A stretch of 64,000 nt of DNA from Eledone cirrhosa (GCA_964016885.1 OZ024741.1:251906001-251970000), one strand, 5' to 3'; positions 13,189 to 26,406 are shown, counted from the stretch's first letter. The notes: generated from the sequence alone by a model not told the origin. Program-made: numbers and translations.

Positions 13189-14451
13189 CAGGGGTTGGTC
13201 AAAATAATGGAAACACCATAGCAGCATAATTTTGAAATATCTATAAAACCGTCAAAAGCTTGTTTATTTTTGTTTTTTGATTTATTATTAGTGTTGCTTA
13301 ATATGTTTTGTTAAAATTGCTGTTTCTTTTCAGATATCATCAGAAAATGGTAATTAAAATTCATTAAAATGACAGATCTATCGGACTTTCAAAGAGGTCA
13401 AATTGTTGGTGCTCGTATGGCAGGTGCTAGCGTAACGTAAACAGCCAAAATGTTTGGTGTATCAAGAAGTACTGTCTCGAAAGTAATGACAGCCTTTGAG
13501 AAAGAGGGAAAAACCTCCTCGTCGAAACAAAACTTCGGAAAAAAACCAAAACTTTCAGATAGGGACCGTCGGACTCTTACGCGAATTGTTAGAAAGGATC
13601 ACAAAAGTACAGCTCCCAAAATTACTGCAGAGCTTAATGACCACCTCGAGAACCCAGTTTCTACAAAAACTGTTCCCCGGGAGCTGCACAAAGCCGGATT
13701 TCACGGGAGGGCTGCAATCAGAAAACCACTACTTTCAAAACAAACGTTGCAAAGTGTTTAGAGTGGAGTAAAAATCTACAGAATTGGTCCCTAGAGCAGT
13801 GGAAGAATGTTATTTTCTCGGACGAGTCATCCTTTACCTTATTTCCGACCACCGGCCGAGTATACGTGTGGAGACAGCCAAAAGAAGCATTTGACCCAGA
13901 CTGACTTCTTCCAACTGTTAAACATGGAGGAGGATATGTGATGATCTGGGGGGCTATATCTTGGAAATCCGCCGGCCCAATGGTTTCCCTTCATGGCAGA
14001 ATTAATAGTCAAGACTATTTAAGCATTTTATCTGATCAAATTCATGCTATCGTTGCGGAACTGTTTCCGGAGGGAAACGCAATCTTTCAGGATGATAATG
14101 CACCAATTCACACAGTTAAAGTTGTTACTGAATGGCACGAGGAACATTCTAGTGAAGTTGAACATCTTATCTTGCCACCAGAGTCCCCAGATCTCAGTAT
14201 TATTGAACATTTATGGTGCATTTTAGAAAAACAAGTAAGGAGTCGATATCCTCCACCATCATCACTACAAGAACTGGAGACTGTTTTAGCTGAAGAATGG
14301 ACAAAAATTCCTTTGGAAACAATTCAAACTTTGTACGAGTCCATACCTCGTAAAATTCAAGCTGTAATTACTGCCAAAGGCGGTCCTACCCCATATTAAA
14401 ATTAATTTGTTTGAAATTTTAAGGTGTTTCCATTATTTTGTCCAACCCCTG
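13189..14451 (+). mobile_element. Full-length Tc1-like DNA transposon (DD36E, Incomer-like)
   Basis: 29-bp TIRs CAGGGGTTGGWCAAAATAATGGAAACACC (1 mismatch), TA on both sides, 1263 bp. Confidence 0.97.
13369..14399 (+). pseudogene. Tc1-like transposase, disrupted
   Basis: MTDLSDFQRGQIVG..., FSDES, FQDDNAPIH, SPDLSIIEH; stops at 13438 and ~13902, frameshift ~13740. Confidence 0.95.
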
Positions 14452-14453
14452 TA

Positions 14454-14794
14454 TCATTTCATCATCATTTCATTTTACGTCCGCTTTTTCCTGCTTGCAA
14501 GGGTGGGACGGGAACTGATTCTGGCTTGATTTCTACAGCTGGATGCCCTACCTAACAACAACCTCATTTACAGTGAGTGCTGGGTGCTTTTTTGCCGTGG
14601 CACCTCCACGACCACTTTGCAGTGGAATGATAGGGACACCAGTCCTATCATCTCTTTTCTACAGCTGAGTAAACTGGAGCAATGTGAAATAAAGTGTCTT
14701 GCTCAAGGAAACAACACATCACCCGGTCCGAGTATTGAAATCACAACCTTTCGATTGCAAGCCCAATGCTCTAACCACTAAGCCATGTGCCTCC
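14454..14794 (-). mobile_element. tRNA-SINE family 1
   Basis: Reverse-complement match to 9127-9520. Confidence 0.9.
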
Positions 14795-14816
14795 ATATAT
14801 ATATATATGTCTTGGT

Positions 14817-15095
14817 ATATTTGGGGGTGGTCATGTTGCCAGTATTGCCAACAATAAAAAAAACACATACACCATATCATTTTCACTTTATTTTTATTAC
14901 TAGTTATTGGTTAGTTCATCAAAGTTCTTGCGTCACACACCCAATAACTAATAATAAAAATAAAGTGAAAAAGTGAAAATCATATGGTGTTTGTTTTGTT
15001 TTTTTGTCAATACTGGCAACATGACCATCCTAAAATATAACAATGTCGGTTTCAACACACAATTTCACATCAAGAATCATGCAAAACAAATTCAT
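14817..15095. mobile_element. Fold-back element family C
   Basis: Arms ~14817-14910/14941-15038 (GGTCATGTTGCC / GGCAACATGACC) plus tail shared with 31088-31140 and 32900-32960. Confidence 0.8.
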
Positions 15096-15096
15096 A

Positions 15097-15131
<35 letters not shown>

Positions 15132-15315
15132 CACACATACACATATATATGCGTGTGTGTATCCCAGGTTCAATCGAGGGTAACCACAGTAAGTATGGTA
15201 CTGAATACACAGAAGAGTATATACAATGTTTAATATAGAAATGGCTTCTACAGGACTAGAACTGCTTCCTTCGAAGGAATATATATATATACATATGTGT
15301 GTGTGTGTGTGTGTG

Positions 15316-15354
<39 letters not shown>

Positions 15355-15359
<5 letters not shown>

Positions 15360-16146
15360 GGACGATAGCTGTATAACAAAGTGCAGGGCAATAAAGATAG
15401 ACGGTAGCCACGGAATAGGCAGACCCAGAAAAACCTGGGACGAGCTGATAAATTCCGACCTCACACACTTACACCTCTCCAAGACAATGTCACTGGACCG
15501 AGACCTTTGGCGGTACTCAGTAACAGAGAAGACCCGCCTTACCTAAATACAAAGTAAAACCTACTACAGTCAGTAGGCATCTCTAACAAAATACACCCCC
15601 GTCCCACCACCCCCACCCCATCCACACCGCCCCTTTCAATGTAAAGTTATGTTGGTGCCACAACATCCAGGCCGAAACAAATGAGATCGTGTAGTGTCAC
15701 GTCAAAAAACACACAGTACACGCTGTAATGTGGCCGTGTAGGCAACACGGTAAAAACCTCCCAGCCCCACACTGTAAATGTGGTTGGTGTTAGGAAGGGC
15801 ATCCAGCTGTAGAAAACCCGCCAGACAGTCCACGCTGTAATGTGGCCGTGTAGGCAACACGGTAAAAACCTCCCAGACCCACACTGTAAATGTGGTTGGT
15901 GTTAGGAAGGGCATCCAGCTGTAGAAAACCCGCCAGATAGTCCACGCTGTAATGTGGCCGTGTAGGCAACACGGTAAAAACCTCCCAGACCCACACTGTA
16001 AATGTGGTTGGTGTTAGGAAGGGCATCCAGCTGTAGAAAACCCGCCAGATAGTCCTATGCAAGCAAGATAATCACTCTTGCCTCAAGTGGGAAAACCCCC
16101 GTCCAAACCCATGCAAGCGTGGAACACGGACGTTAAACGTTGATGA

Positions 16147-16150
<4 letters not shown>
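15355..16150 (+). mobile_element. RTE LINE 3' end with triplicated 112-bp UTR unit
   Basis: MKDDSCITKC..GRPRKTWDE..DRDLWR; unit starts 15719, 15831, 15943; (GAT)n tail. Confidence 0.9.
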
Positions 16151-16179
<29 letters not shown>

Positions 16180-16184
16180 AAATA

Positions 16185-17440
16185 GCAACTGGCAAGGTAC
16201 AAACTCAGGAATGCCACCCTCAATGTTGGTACCCTGAATAATAAATTGGATGAAATTGTGGAACTGCTAGAGAGGTGAGAAGTGGACATTTGCTATGTAC
16301 AAAAGGTGAGAGGGAGGTGTGCCTCAGCAAGACTACTGATAAACAAACAGTATAGATACAAGTTTTACTGGATAAGAAATGATGATAGGATAGGAGGTGT
16401 AGGCATCTTACTAGCTGAGAAATGGATAGATAAATTGATAGAAGTAGTTAGGGTAAGCTGCAGAATTATCAAGCTTAGATTAGCCCTAGGTAATAAAATG
16501 GTGACAATTGCATCTACCTGTGCTTCACAGGCAGGACTGAGTAAAGAACAAAAAGACAGGTTCTATGAAGAACTTTTATAGATGACTTCAGATACCAATA
16601 AAGGTGACCTCCTCATCCTGGCTGGCAACTTCAATGGACATGTGGAGCATCTTCACAGTGGCTATGGTTATTGTTCAAGAAATAAAGAGAGATTGAAACT
16701 CCTGGAATTCTGTGACACAAATGAACTAACCATTTGCAACACAGATTTCAGGAAACCAGCCAGCCATCTGATTTCATATCAATCAGGTGAACAAAAAAGT
16801 CAAATTGACTATTTACTTGGGAGACAAGACAAATGGACTGTAAAAAATACTAAGACCCTCTCTGGGGAAGAATGCACCACTCAGCACAAGTTAGTTATTA
16901 GTGACATCAAAATAAGCATGAGACAGAACAAGACATGCAGGAAAATATGGAGATGGAGGGTCTGGAAGCTAAAGAACCTCCCGATTAAATATAAGTTTAG
17001 AAAAGTCCTACGGGATGTATTTGATGACAGAAGTGGTGAGCTAGATACCTATGACATAAGGACAATTGGAAATTCTTACATAACAAACTTTTGTGAACTA
17101 CTGACAAGACTGTGGCTGGAGTTGAGCACCAGACAGTCAGAGGGTGATCTGGTGATGGAACAGTTCAGTGTATAGAGCCATCAAAGCTAAGAGGCAGGCT
17201 TGGAAAGATTGGAAAATGGGGTAGCAGAGACTGGTACCAGGTGGCTAAGAAAGAAGCTAGATGACAAGTATACACAGCTCAGACAGAGGCTGAAGAAAGA
17301 AATTTTGCCAATATGCTGAGGTGTGGGGATCAGACACAATCGTAAATTGTTACAAGGGAAAAGGTGATGTCCTAGAGACATCACCTTAACTAATTAGAGA
17401 AAAAGTCAAATTAGATGAGATACAGTTTGGTTTTATGGAT
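16185..17440 (+). mobile_element. RTE LINE AP-endonuclease region, decayed
   Basis: ATLNVGTL, VDICYVQ, GGVGILL, GNFNGHV, SQIDYLL, QHKLVISD; stops/frameshifts. Confidence 0.9.
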
Positions 17441-17659
17441 AGATTAGAAAGTACTTGCTCAAGGTTTCATATAGTGGGATAGAAATAAAAATCCCATAAT
17501 TTTAAAGATAACTTCTTAACCACTCTGCTATATCTGTGCCTATACAACTATACCTGCGCCTACAGTTCTACCTGCACCAATACAGCAACACTTGCTTATA
17601 CACTCATACTTGCACCTATTCAGTTCCACCTCTGTCTATACAGCTATACCTGCACCTGA

Positions 17660-17960
17660 AGGCACATGGCTTAGAGCAGCAGGCTTAAAATCGTGAGATT
17701 GTGAGTTCAATTCTTGGACCGGGCTTTGCATTGTGTTCTTGAGCAAGACACTTTATTTCATGTTGCTCCAGTACACTCAGCTGTAGAAATGAGTTCAATG
17801 TCACTGGTGTCAAGCTGTATCAGCCATTGGTGGTGTGGAGAGGGGAGAGTGGTATGCATGGGTGACTGCTGGTCTTCCACAAACAACCTTGTCTGGACTT
17901 GTGCCTCGAAAGGGAACTTTCTAGGTGCAAATGCCATGGTAATCCATGACTGAAGGTGTT
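17660..17960 (+). mobile_element. tRNA-SINE (family 1 head, different 3' part)
   Basis: GGCACATGGCTTAGAGCA..GTGAGTTCAATTC..TCTTGAGCAAGACACTTTATTTCA. Confidence 0.75.
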
Positions 17961-18142
17961 CTTTACCATTATTTTTTTTTTACCTGCACCTATACAACCA
18001 TATCTGTGTATATACAACCATATATATATACAGTTACATCTGTTCCTACCCAGCATAACCAGATAACAGAATTAATACTTAACAATATGAGCAATAACAC
18101 CCACAACCAGAATCAGTGGTGGTGGGGTATATATGAATTTTT

Positions 18143-18197
<55 letters not shown>

Positions 18198-18767
18198 TAC
18201 ACACAAGAATATTGTTTCCAGTATATTTTCCCAGGGAGAGGGGGTGTCATTGGCTGGCATTCGATGCACATGCATATATACATGTATACTCCATATACAC
18301 ACACACACAACAATACATATATATGTATGTATAGTGGGTTCTCTAGTTTTTCTGTAGTGTGTGCAATTCAGGGCAAATTAAGAAGAGTAAGCTATTGGGA
18401 GCTGACAAGGAGTAGCTAGAATATGATAAAATGCAATAAACAAGATAAAAGTTGTTTTAAAATGGTACACATTTGTGCTTTGTTTGTTTAAGTGAAGGTA
18501 AAGGTATCGAAAGGTGAGTATTTGAGAGTTAATCTTAGAATTAAAATTAAGGTTAGAATTTGGATAGGTATAGTTACTATGTTATTTTGTTATGCATGTG
18601 CATATGTATATATATACATACATACACACATATATATACACATATATAGTAATAATTGATGTGAAAACTAAAAGCCAAAGTGGGCTCGATAAGGATTATA
18701 TATATATATATATATATATATATAGATATATATATATATTTATATATAAACCCATAGAGCAAATATT

Positions 18768-18888
18768 TATTAGAAGTACAGATTAAAGTTTAAGCAAAGA
18801 ATTGCTGCTTTCACACTTTAAGGGATCTTGAGTTTCAGATCCCTTAAGCAGCGATTCTATGCTTAAACTTTAATCTGTACTTATAATA
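18768..18888. mobile_element. Fold-back element family B
   Basis: AGTACAGATTAAAGTTTAAGC...GCTTAAACTTTAATCTGTACT with inner TTAAGGGATC/GATCCCTTAA; relatives near 2065, 23735, 31335, 49165, 50655. Confidence 0.8.
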
Positions 18889-18908
18889 TATATATATGTA
18901 GATATATA

Positions 18909-19498
18909 TCATCATCATCATCATCATCAACGTTTAACGTCCGTGTTCCACGCTTGCATGGGTTTGGACGGGGGTTTTCCCACTTGAGGCAAGAGTGATT
19001 ATCTTGCTCGCATAGGACTGTCTGGCGGGTTTTCTACAGCTGGATGCCCTTCCTAACACCAACCACATTTACAGTGTGGGTCTGGGAGGTTTTTACCGTG
19101 TCGCCTACACGGCCACATTACAGTGTGGACCGTGTGTTTTTTTGTCGTGACACTACACGATCTCATTTGTTTCGGCCTGGATGTTGTGGCACCAACATAA
19201 CTTTACATTGAAAGGGGCGGTGTGGATGGGGTGGGGGTGGTGGGACGGGGGTGTATTTTGTTAGAGATGCCTACTGACTGTAGTAGGTTTTACTTTGTAT
19301 TTAGGTAAGGCGGGTCTTCTCTATTACTGAGTACCGCCAAAGGTCTCGGTCCAGTGACATTGTCTTGGTGAGGTGTAAGTGTGTGAGGTCGGAATTTATC
19401 AGCTCGTCCCAGGTCTTTCTGGGTCTGCCTATTCCGTGGCTACCGTCTATCTTTATTGCCCTGCACTTTGTTATACAGCTATCGTCTTTCATGCGCAT
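18909..19498 (-). mobile_element. RTE LINE 3' end
   Basis: Near-identical inverted copy of 15355-16150 with a single UTR unit. Confidence 0.92.
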
Positions 19499-19519
19499 AT
19501 ATATACATATATATATATA

Positions 19520-19692
19520 TTTAATATAGAAATGGCTTCTACAGGACTAGAACTGTTTCATTTGGAGGAAATCTTCCTTTGAATGAAACAGTTCTAGTCC
19601 TGTAGAAGCCATTTATTTATTTATACTCTGAATATTTATACTCTGCTATGTATTGAGTACCTTACTGTGGTTACCCCCGATTGGACCCGGGA
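19520..19692. mobile_element. Fold-back element family D
   Basis: AAATGGCTTCTACAGGACTAGAACTGTTTCATT / inverse, 19530-19614; relatives at 15161-15278 and ~4000-4100. Confidence 0.75.
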
Positions 19693-19694
19693 AA

Positions 19695-19744
<50 letters not shown>

Positions 19745-19877
19745 AAAGTTATATATATATATGTGTGTGCATGTAAAAGATGGTGATGGCATTGGTGGTA
19801 GTGGAAAAATAATGGTTAATTCTACAGCCAAAGTCCTTAAGAAAAATAGACTGGATACAGAATTCAACTAAAGGCCA

Positions 19878-20760
19878 TGTAAAGTGGTCATGTAGGTGTC
19901 GCGTCAAAAAGCACCCAGTACTCATTGTAAATGTGGTTGGATTTAGGAAGGGTATCCAGGTGTAGAAACCAAGCCAAAATCAGTTCTGTATGAGCAAGAC
20001 ATGGTCACCTGACCTGGCATTTCTCACATCAGGACAACTCATCTAACTTATGCTAACATAGAAAATGGACATTAAACAGTGATGATGATATATGTATATA
20101 AATATATAGAGAGAGGTATGTAAATTGCCTACACTCTACCAATGTATTAAGTACCATTTTTAATTATGGTCATTTCCTGATCCCCACCATGACACAACCC
20201 CCACCCCACCTCCTACTGTAAAGTGGTCATGTAGGAGTCATGACAAAAGTACTCAGTACTCACTGTAAATGAGGTTGGCGTTAGGAAGGGAATCCAGCTG
20301 TAGAAACCAAACCAAAACCAGTTCTGTATGAGCAAGACATGGTCACCTGACCTGGCATTGCCCACAACCGGACAACTCGTTTAACCCATGCTAGTGTGGA
20401 AAAATGGAAGTACAACGGTGATGATGACGATGATACCAGAAAGTACATTTTTAATTATATCTTTATTTTTGTAACACCATGCATGTATATACATATATAT
20501 ATATATTTATATATACACACCACCCCACACACCTTACTTTATTCTCCCATTTCCATTCTATCCACTGCGTCGATGACACAACAGTCCACACTATAAATGT
20601 GGTTGGTGTTAGGAAGGGCATCCAGCTGTAAAAAAACCTGCCAGAGACACTTCCGTACAAGCAAGACACGGTCTCCCAACCATTCCCGCATTAAATGGAA
20701 CAAAACCGTTTAACCCATTCTAGCGTGGAAGATGGACATTAAACGATGATGATGATATCA
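19878..20760 (+). mobile_element. Three successive Meta-box/RTE-tail SINE 3' halves
   Basis: AGGAAGGG.ATCCAG.TGTA motif at ~19945, 20283, 20611, each followed by a (GAT)n tail. Confidence 0.8.
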
Positions 20761-20802
20761 TCGTCATCAAGGAAAATGAACACTAAGTGATGATGGTGAT
20801 GG

Positions 20803-20836
<34 letters not shown>

Positions 20837-21584
20837 AGTGGTGGTGATGATAATTATCATAATTTGTACGTCCACTTTCCAAGTTTGTATGTTTTGGTCA
20901 GGTCATTACAGTTTGAATCTATTCTTAGTTGAATTTATAGACATCCTATACAGGTTGGGCACTACGTGTCACCTATATGAGCAATTTTTTTGTCTAGTTT
21001 CTATGGTTAGAGTTGCTCTCCATGACACCAACCACTTTTTCAGGAGTGTTGGATATATTTTATTGTGCCACCAGCATTAGAAAAGTTTGGGTTGTTATAT
21101 CCTCAGCAGGAATTAAGAATTCTCTCAAAACTACATTGTCTTTGTTTGTTCATCAACCACTTTTACAGAGTGTACTGGGTGTATCTTATCATATACCAAC
21201 ACTAGAGATGTTACCTTGTGTTACACATGACTAAAAAGTACTCACTACTTTATTGTTTGATTCATTCAAAGTAGCATGATTATGAGGGTGAAAAGAAGAG
21301 AGAAGAGGAACCTGGGTGCGTTGAGTATGTGTGTGTACATGTATATATATATATAGATACACACACACACACATATAAAGATATACATACACACACACAT
21401 GCACACACATACATATATATATACATGGACAGATATATCCTTGTATAAATATAAATATGCATGTAAAATGTAAATGGAAAACACCACACCAAATGATACA
21501 GTACAACAAAGATATGTATTAGTTTAACACGTGATATAGTAGGAGAAGAGTCTTAATGTTTTGGATATTAGTCCTTCATATATA

Positions 21585-21976
21585 CGAGGGTAATCCCAAA
21601 AGTAAGGTCTCCAAAGCGATGGGGACGCAGAGAAACTGTTTGTATGGCTGTTGGCAACAATGTTGTGATTGGTGCTTCCTTCACTCCCAAACAAGCATGC
21701 GCGTGCTTCGCTGGGATGCTCAACCTTGGCTTGGCAGCCGTTGAGAATGGAGCTCCCATTGAACGCTACCGCCAAGTGCGAATTTCACGCAGTTATTATA
21801 TAGAGGGCAATCCCAAAAGTAGGGTCTCCTTCTGAGGAAAACATGCGTAAAGATCAGCGGATCACTCTGGATGCTCTCCGCATTTTGGTTCCTGAGGTTT
21901 CCCGAAGCACCATCCACAGGATTTTAACGGAAAAGTTGCAATATCGGAAGGAGACCTTACTTTTGGGATTGCCCTC

Positions 21977-21977
<1 letters not shown>
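21585..21977 (+). mobile_element. Internally deleted mariner element
   Basis: TA|CGAGGGTAATCCCAAAAGTAAGGTCTCC ... GGAGACCTTACTTTTGGGATTGCCCTCG|TA; HTH fragment DQRITLDAL..VSRSTIHRILTEKLQYRK; extra left TIR at 21803. Confidence 0.88.
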
Positions 21978-22020
<43 letters not shown>

Positions 22021-22072
22021 GAGAATATATATGGAGGAAATTGTAGTTTACTTGAAGCATTGCGTAGTTAGG

Positions 22073-22203
22073 TATAAACGTTTGGAGTTAGAAGGCCAAA
22101 ACAATGCAGGTAAAAGACTAATTGTCAGCAATATCTTTTGCATTTGTATTTATATTCTATATCCATACCTTCATTGTTCTGGCCTTCTAACTCCAAACGT
22201 TTA

Positions 22204-22205
<2 letters not shown>
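22073..22205. repeat. Inverted repeat next to (TA)n
   Basis: TATAAACGTTTGGAGTTAGAAGGCCA.AACAATG / exact inverse. Confidence 0.8.
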
Positions 22206-22244
<39 letters not shown>

Positions 22245-22247
<3 letters not shown>

Positions 22248-23275
22248 GCCGGTGCTCAGGTGCAATAAGTAGCAGCAAGTGCCCACAGAATACTAGCTCA
22301 TTCCATTGCACAGATGGTTCTATAGAAATAGTGAACACCTTCGTTACCTGGGTGACAAAATCAGCAGTGGTGGAGGGTGCTCTGAAAGTACAGTAGCTAG
22401 AGTCAGAACGGGATGGAAAAAGTTCAGAGAGCTTATACCACTATTGGCCGCTAAAGGTTTCTCTCTAAAAATGAAAGGCAGGCTGTATGATGCCTGCATA
22501 CGAACAGCAATGTTACATGGCAGTGAGACCTGGGCATTGTGTGCAGAGGATATACGCAGACTGGAGAGGAACGAAGCTAGCTTGCATGCTCCGCTGGATG
22601 TGTAATAGTTATATACGTGAACGGCAAAGCATAAATGAACTAAGGGAGAAATTAGGAATAAGAGAGATCAGATGTTGTTTACTCGAGAGAAGACTACATT
22701 GGTACGGTCACGTGATGTGCATAAAAGACGACAGCTGTATAAAAAAGTGCAGGGCGAAGCAGACCGAGAAAAACCTGGGACGACTTGATAAATTCTGACC
22801 TCACACACTTACACCTCTCCAAGACAATGTCACTGGACCGAGATCTTTGGCGCTCCACAGTAATACAGAAGACCCGCCTTGCCTAAGTACAAAGCGAAAC
22901 CTACAGTCAGTAGGCACCTCTTAACAAAAATACACCACCATCCCACTACCCCTACCCCATCCACACCACCCCTTTCGATGTAAAGTTATGTTGGTACCAT
23001 AACATCCAGTCCTAAATAAATGAGGTCGTGTAGGTGTGACGACAAAAAAACACATGGTCCACGCTGTAATGTGGCCGTGTAGGTAACACGGTAAAAACCT
23101 CCCAGTCCACACTGTAAACGTGGTTGGTGTTAGGAAGGGCATCCAGCCGTAGAAAACCTGCCAGACAGTCCTATACGAGCAAGACAACCAATCTTGCCTC
23201 AAGTGGGAAAATTCCTGTCCAAACCCATGCAAACGTGGAAGATGGACGTTAAACGATGATGATGATGATGATGAT
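22245..23275 (+). mobile_element. RTE LINE 3' ~1 kb, decayed
   Basis: RYLGD..GWKKFREL..KGRLYDACIRTAMLHGSETW..RRLHWYGHV; UTR and (GAT)n tail. Confidence 0.92.
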
Positions 23276-23599
23276 ATATATACATAAATATATATTTATA
23301 TATTTGTAGTAAGAAGTTAACCGAACAGGGATAGCTGTCTCTATTACTATAATGGCCTCTGTGTGAAGAAAGGAGTGGCAGTGGGGGTGGGGTTCTAACT
23401 GATTCTATCAATTCCTGCACTAAGCATCTAATGATGCTAACGTAAGACTGGAACTGATCAACACTTCCACCAAGCTTCTTAGGTTCATACAGGGGCCGAC
23501 AATTGAGGAAATAACATCACACATCCAGTAGCCCCTGTATCAAGAAAGGTAATCCCTTTCCAAATCTAAAGGTGTTTTTATTATGTTTCATAGGTTCAG

Positions 23600-23656
23600 C
23601 ATTTGAGAAGCTCAAGCTGTCATAATTGATAGTCCTCAGCGAAATGTACATTACAG
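23600..23656 (+). ncRNA. Hammerhead-like motif with U3-A8 core, weak stem I
   Basis: TTGAGAA-GCT..GCTGTCA(TAAT)TGATAGT..AGC-GAAA-TGTACA-TT. Confidence 0.4.
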
Positions 23657-23799
23657 ATTTTAATATACCAAAACCAAATGAATATGGCCTCGGATTTTTA
23701 TATACATATATATGTATGCATGTATATATATTAAAATAACAGATTAAAGTTTAAGCAAAGAGCCCTCTTTGGATTTTAGTCTTCCCATTTATTATTATT

Positions 23800-24216
23800 A
23801 CTATATATATATATAAAGTTGTAGTTCCTGTCTGTTGTTTGTTTGTTCACAAACTCTTCCTATTTCAATAATATTAAGATACCTTAATGGGGGTTAAACC
23901 TCCTATAGCAAAAATTTTCGAAGCCCATAACTTGAGTATTGTAACCTCTATTATCATGGAGATTTTCTATTAATTAAATATAAATCATCAAAAAAAGCAC
24001 CTCTCTTTTAAAGTAAAATTTGGCTAATTTAGACATTTTATCTATGGCAAACATCACTAGATTTATGACAACAAAAATTATTAGTTAATGCCTCTACTTT
24101 TTTTATATTTTCCCTTTATTTTTTCTCCATAAATTATATCACTGATTTAAAATCAATCACCATTTTCTTACAAAAAAAATGTGTGAAATGCAGCAAGGCG
24201 CGGGTAATTCGGCTAG
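23800..24216 (+). mobile_element. Non-autonomous Helitron
   Basis: 5' CTATATATATAAAG plus (GTTT)n; 3' GCAAGGCGCGGGTAATTCGGCTAG|T. Confidence 0.7.
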
Positions 24217-24231
24217 TATATATATATATAT

Positions 24232-24570
24232 ATCATCATCATCATCATTTTACAGCCGCTTTTCCCTGCTTGCAAGGGTGAGACGGGAACTGATTCTGGC
24301 TTGATTTCTACAGCTGGATGCCCTTCCTAACACCAACCTCATTTACAGTGAGTGCTGGGTGCTTTTTTGCCGTGGCACCTCCACGACCACTTTGCAGTGG
24401 AATGATAGGGACCCCAATCCCTATCATCTCATTTCTACAGCTGAGTAAACTGGAGCAATGTGAAATAAAGTGTCTTGCTCAAGGAAACAACACATCGCCC
24501 GGTCTGAGAATTGAACTCACAACCTTTCGATTGCAAGGCCAATGCTCTAACCACTAAGCCATGTGCCTCC
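24232..24570 (-). mobile_element. tRNA-SINE family 1
   Basis: Match to 14454-14794. Confidence 0.9.
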
Positions 24571-24594
24571 ATATATATATATATATATACATAT

Positions 24595-24627
<33 letters not shown>

Positions 24628-24757
24628 CTGCAGTGCTGAGACCAAGGAGACCTCAAATCATGGGCGTACTCAATGCAAGGGGAGGTGCAGAGAGGGTATG
24701 AGAGATGGGTGTAATCCCTACCACTTGGCACCGTGGATGGAATTTCACACACATACT

Positions 24758-24850
<93 letters not shown>

Positions 24851-25663
24851 TGTGTGTATGTATATATATATATATATATATACACACACAAATAAATAAC
24901 AAATATATCTATGATTTTATCTGTTATAGGATTTCTAAATTATAATTTAATCCATTTTTATTTACCATTACATTTAAATACATCAACTGAGTAACAATCT
25001 AGATTTCAACAGACTTGTACACTGGAAGCTGCTATTTCAGACATACTCTGTTGTATAAGGAAAAATATTTCTATTCATTCAAACTTAACTACTATGACAA
25101 AAGAGAGAACAATGAAAATAGTAGTTATGGAAAGTATAAATATACATTGTTTCTAACATAAGCACGTTACCAGTAATTTGAGGGGGGAGGGGGATAGAGG
25201 TTGATTAATTGACCCTAGTACTTTACTGGTACTTTAATTTATCACCCCTGGAAGGATGAAAAGCAAAGCTTACCTAGGTAGGATTTGATCTGAGACAGTA
25301 AAGCACCATAAATATTTACTACTAAGCAATTTGTTTGATGCTCTACTTATTCTGCCAATACAAATATATAAATATTTATCCATCTAACCCATGCTAGCAT
25401 GGAGGATAGAAAAATAGGCATTAAATGATGATGATAATGATGATGATTATGCAAACAGAGGAATAAGAAAGAAAAAGAGACAAAAGAAAAAAGAAAAGTA
25501 AAAAGGAGAGAAAGTGAGAGCAGGTAAACACTGTAATTTTGCCTGGATAACAGCTGCATCATGGTGGATAAGATGGCAAAAACATATTGCAATGGAAAAC
25601 AACCAGTGATGCCCACTACATTGGCCATTCAATCCTGTGGGTTCCTTTCTCAAGTATAATAAT

Positions 25664-25784
25664 TGTTTCTACTTTAGGCACAAGGCCAGCAAATACCCAG
25701 TGCATTACTGGTACTTTATTTTATCGTCCCCGTAAGGATGAAAGGCAAAGTTAACCTCGGTGGGATTTGAACTCAGAATCAGAG
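25664..25784 (-). mobile_element. 5'-truncated SINE family 2 with 18-bp TSD
   Basis: TTTCTCAAGTATAATAAT at 25646-25663 and 25785-25802. Confidence 0.9.
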
Positions 25785-26406
25785 TTTCTCAAGTATAATA
25801 ATGTTTTAGTTTCAATTTGGAGGAAGAAAACGGCAGTCTGGGGACCAGAGGTTACCAGACTGAAGATTTCAATGATGGTGAATAGAACCTAAACTGGACC
25901 AACAGTGACCCATTACAGCAATTCGTATAATCCTCATGTAATAAAGCTGCCATATGTAAGAACTTTAAGAGAGAGTAAGAGAGAGCAACAAACAGAGAGG
26001 CAGACTGACACAGATTAAAGATAACTCCCACCACTCTGAGGCCTGTAAAAACTCATCAGTAATTGATTTACAACATTTATAGTAGAATTGTGTTAGTGGT
26101 CAGGTCACAGTAGTGTGATGAAAGTTTTGACACCTCAGGGAATAAATGAAAAGTGAAACTAACAGCTTCAGCGTTTTTCTTAAATGACTTAATTGGTTAT
26201 TTCATGATGTAATTGTTTCAGTTATAACACATAGTCTCAAATCAAATCTCACTCTAGATGAGTACACACACACAATTACATGCACCACACACACATACAT
26301 AAGTCTCACTCTCTCTCTCTAAATATATATATATATCATCGCCGTTTTAACGTTCGCTTTCCCTGCTAGCAAGAGTTGGATATATATATATATATATATA
26401 TATATA

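Noticed and set aside
25510-26045. Host coding exon(s)
   Set aside because: Stops in candidate frames, interrupted by a SINE, no recognisable protein similarity
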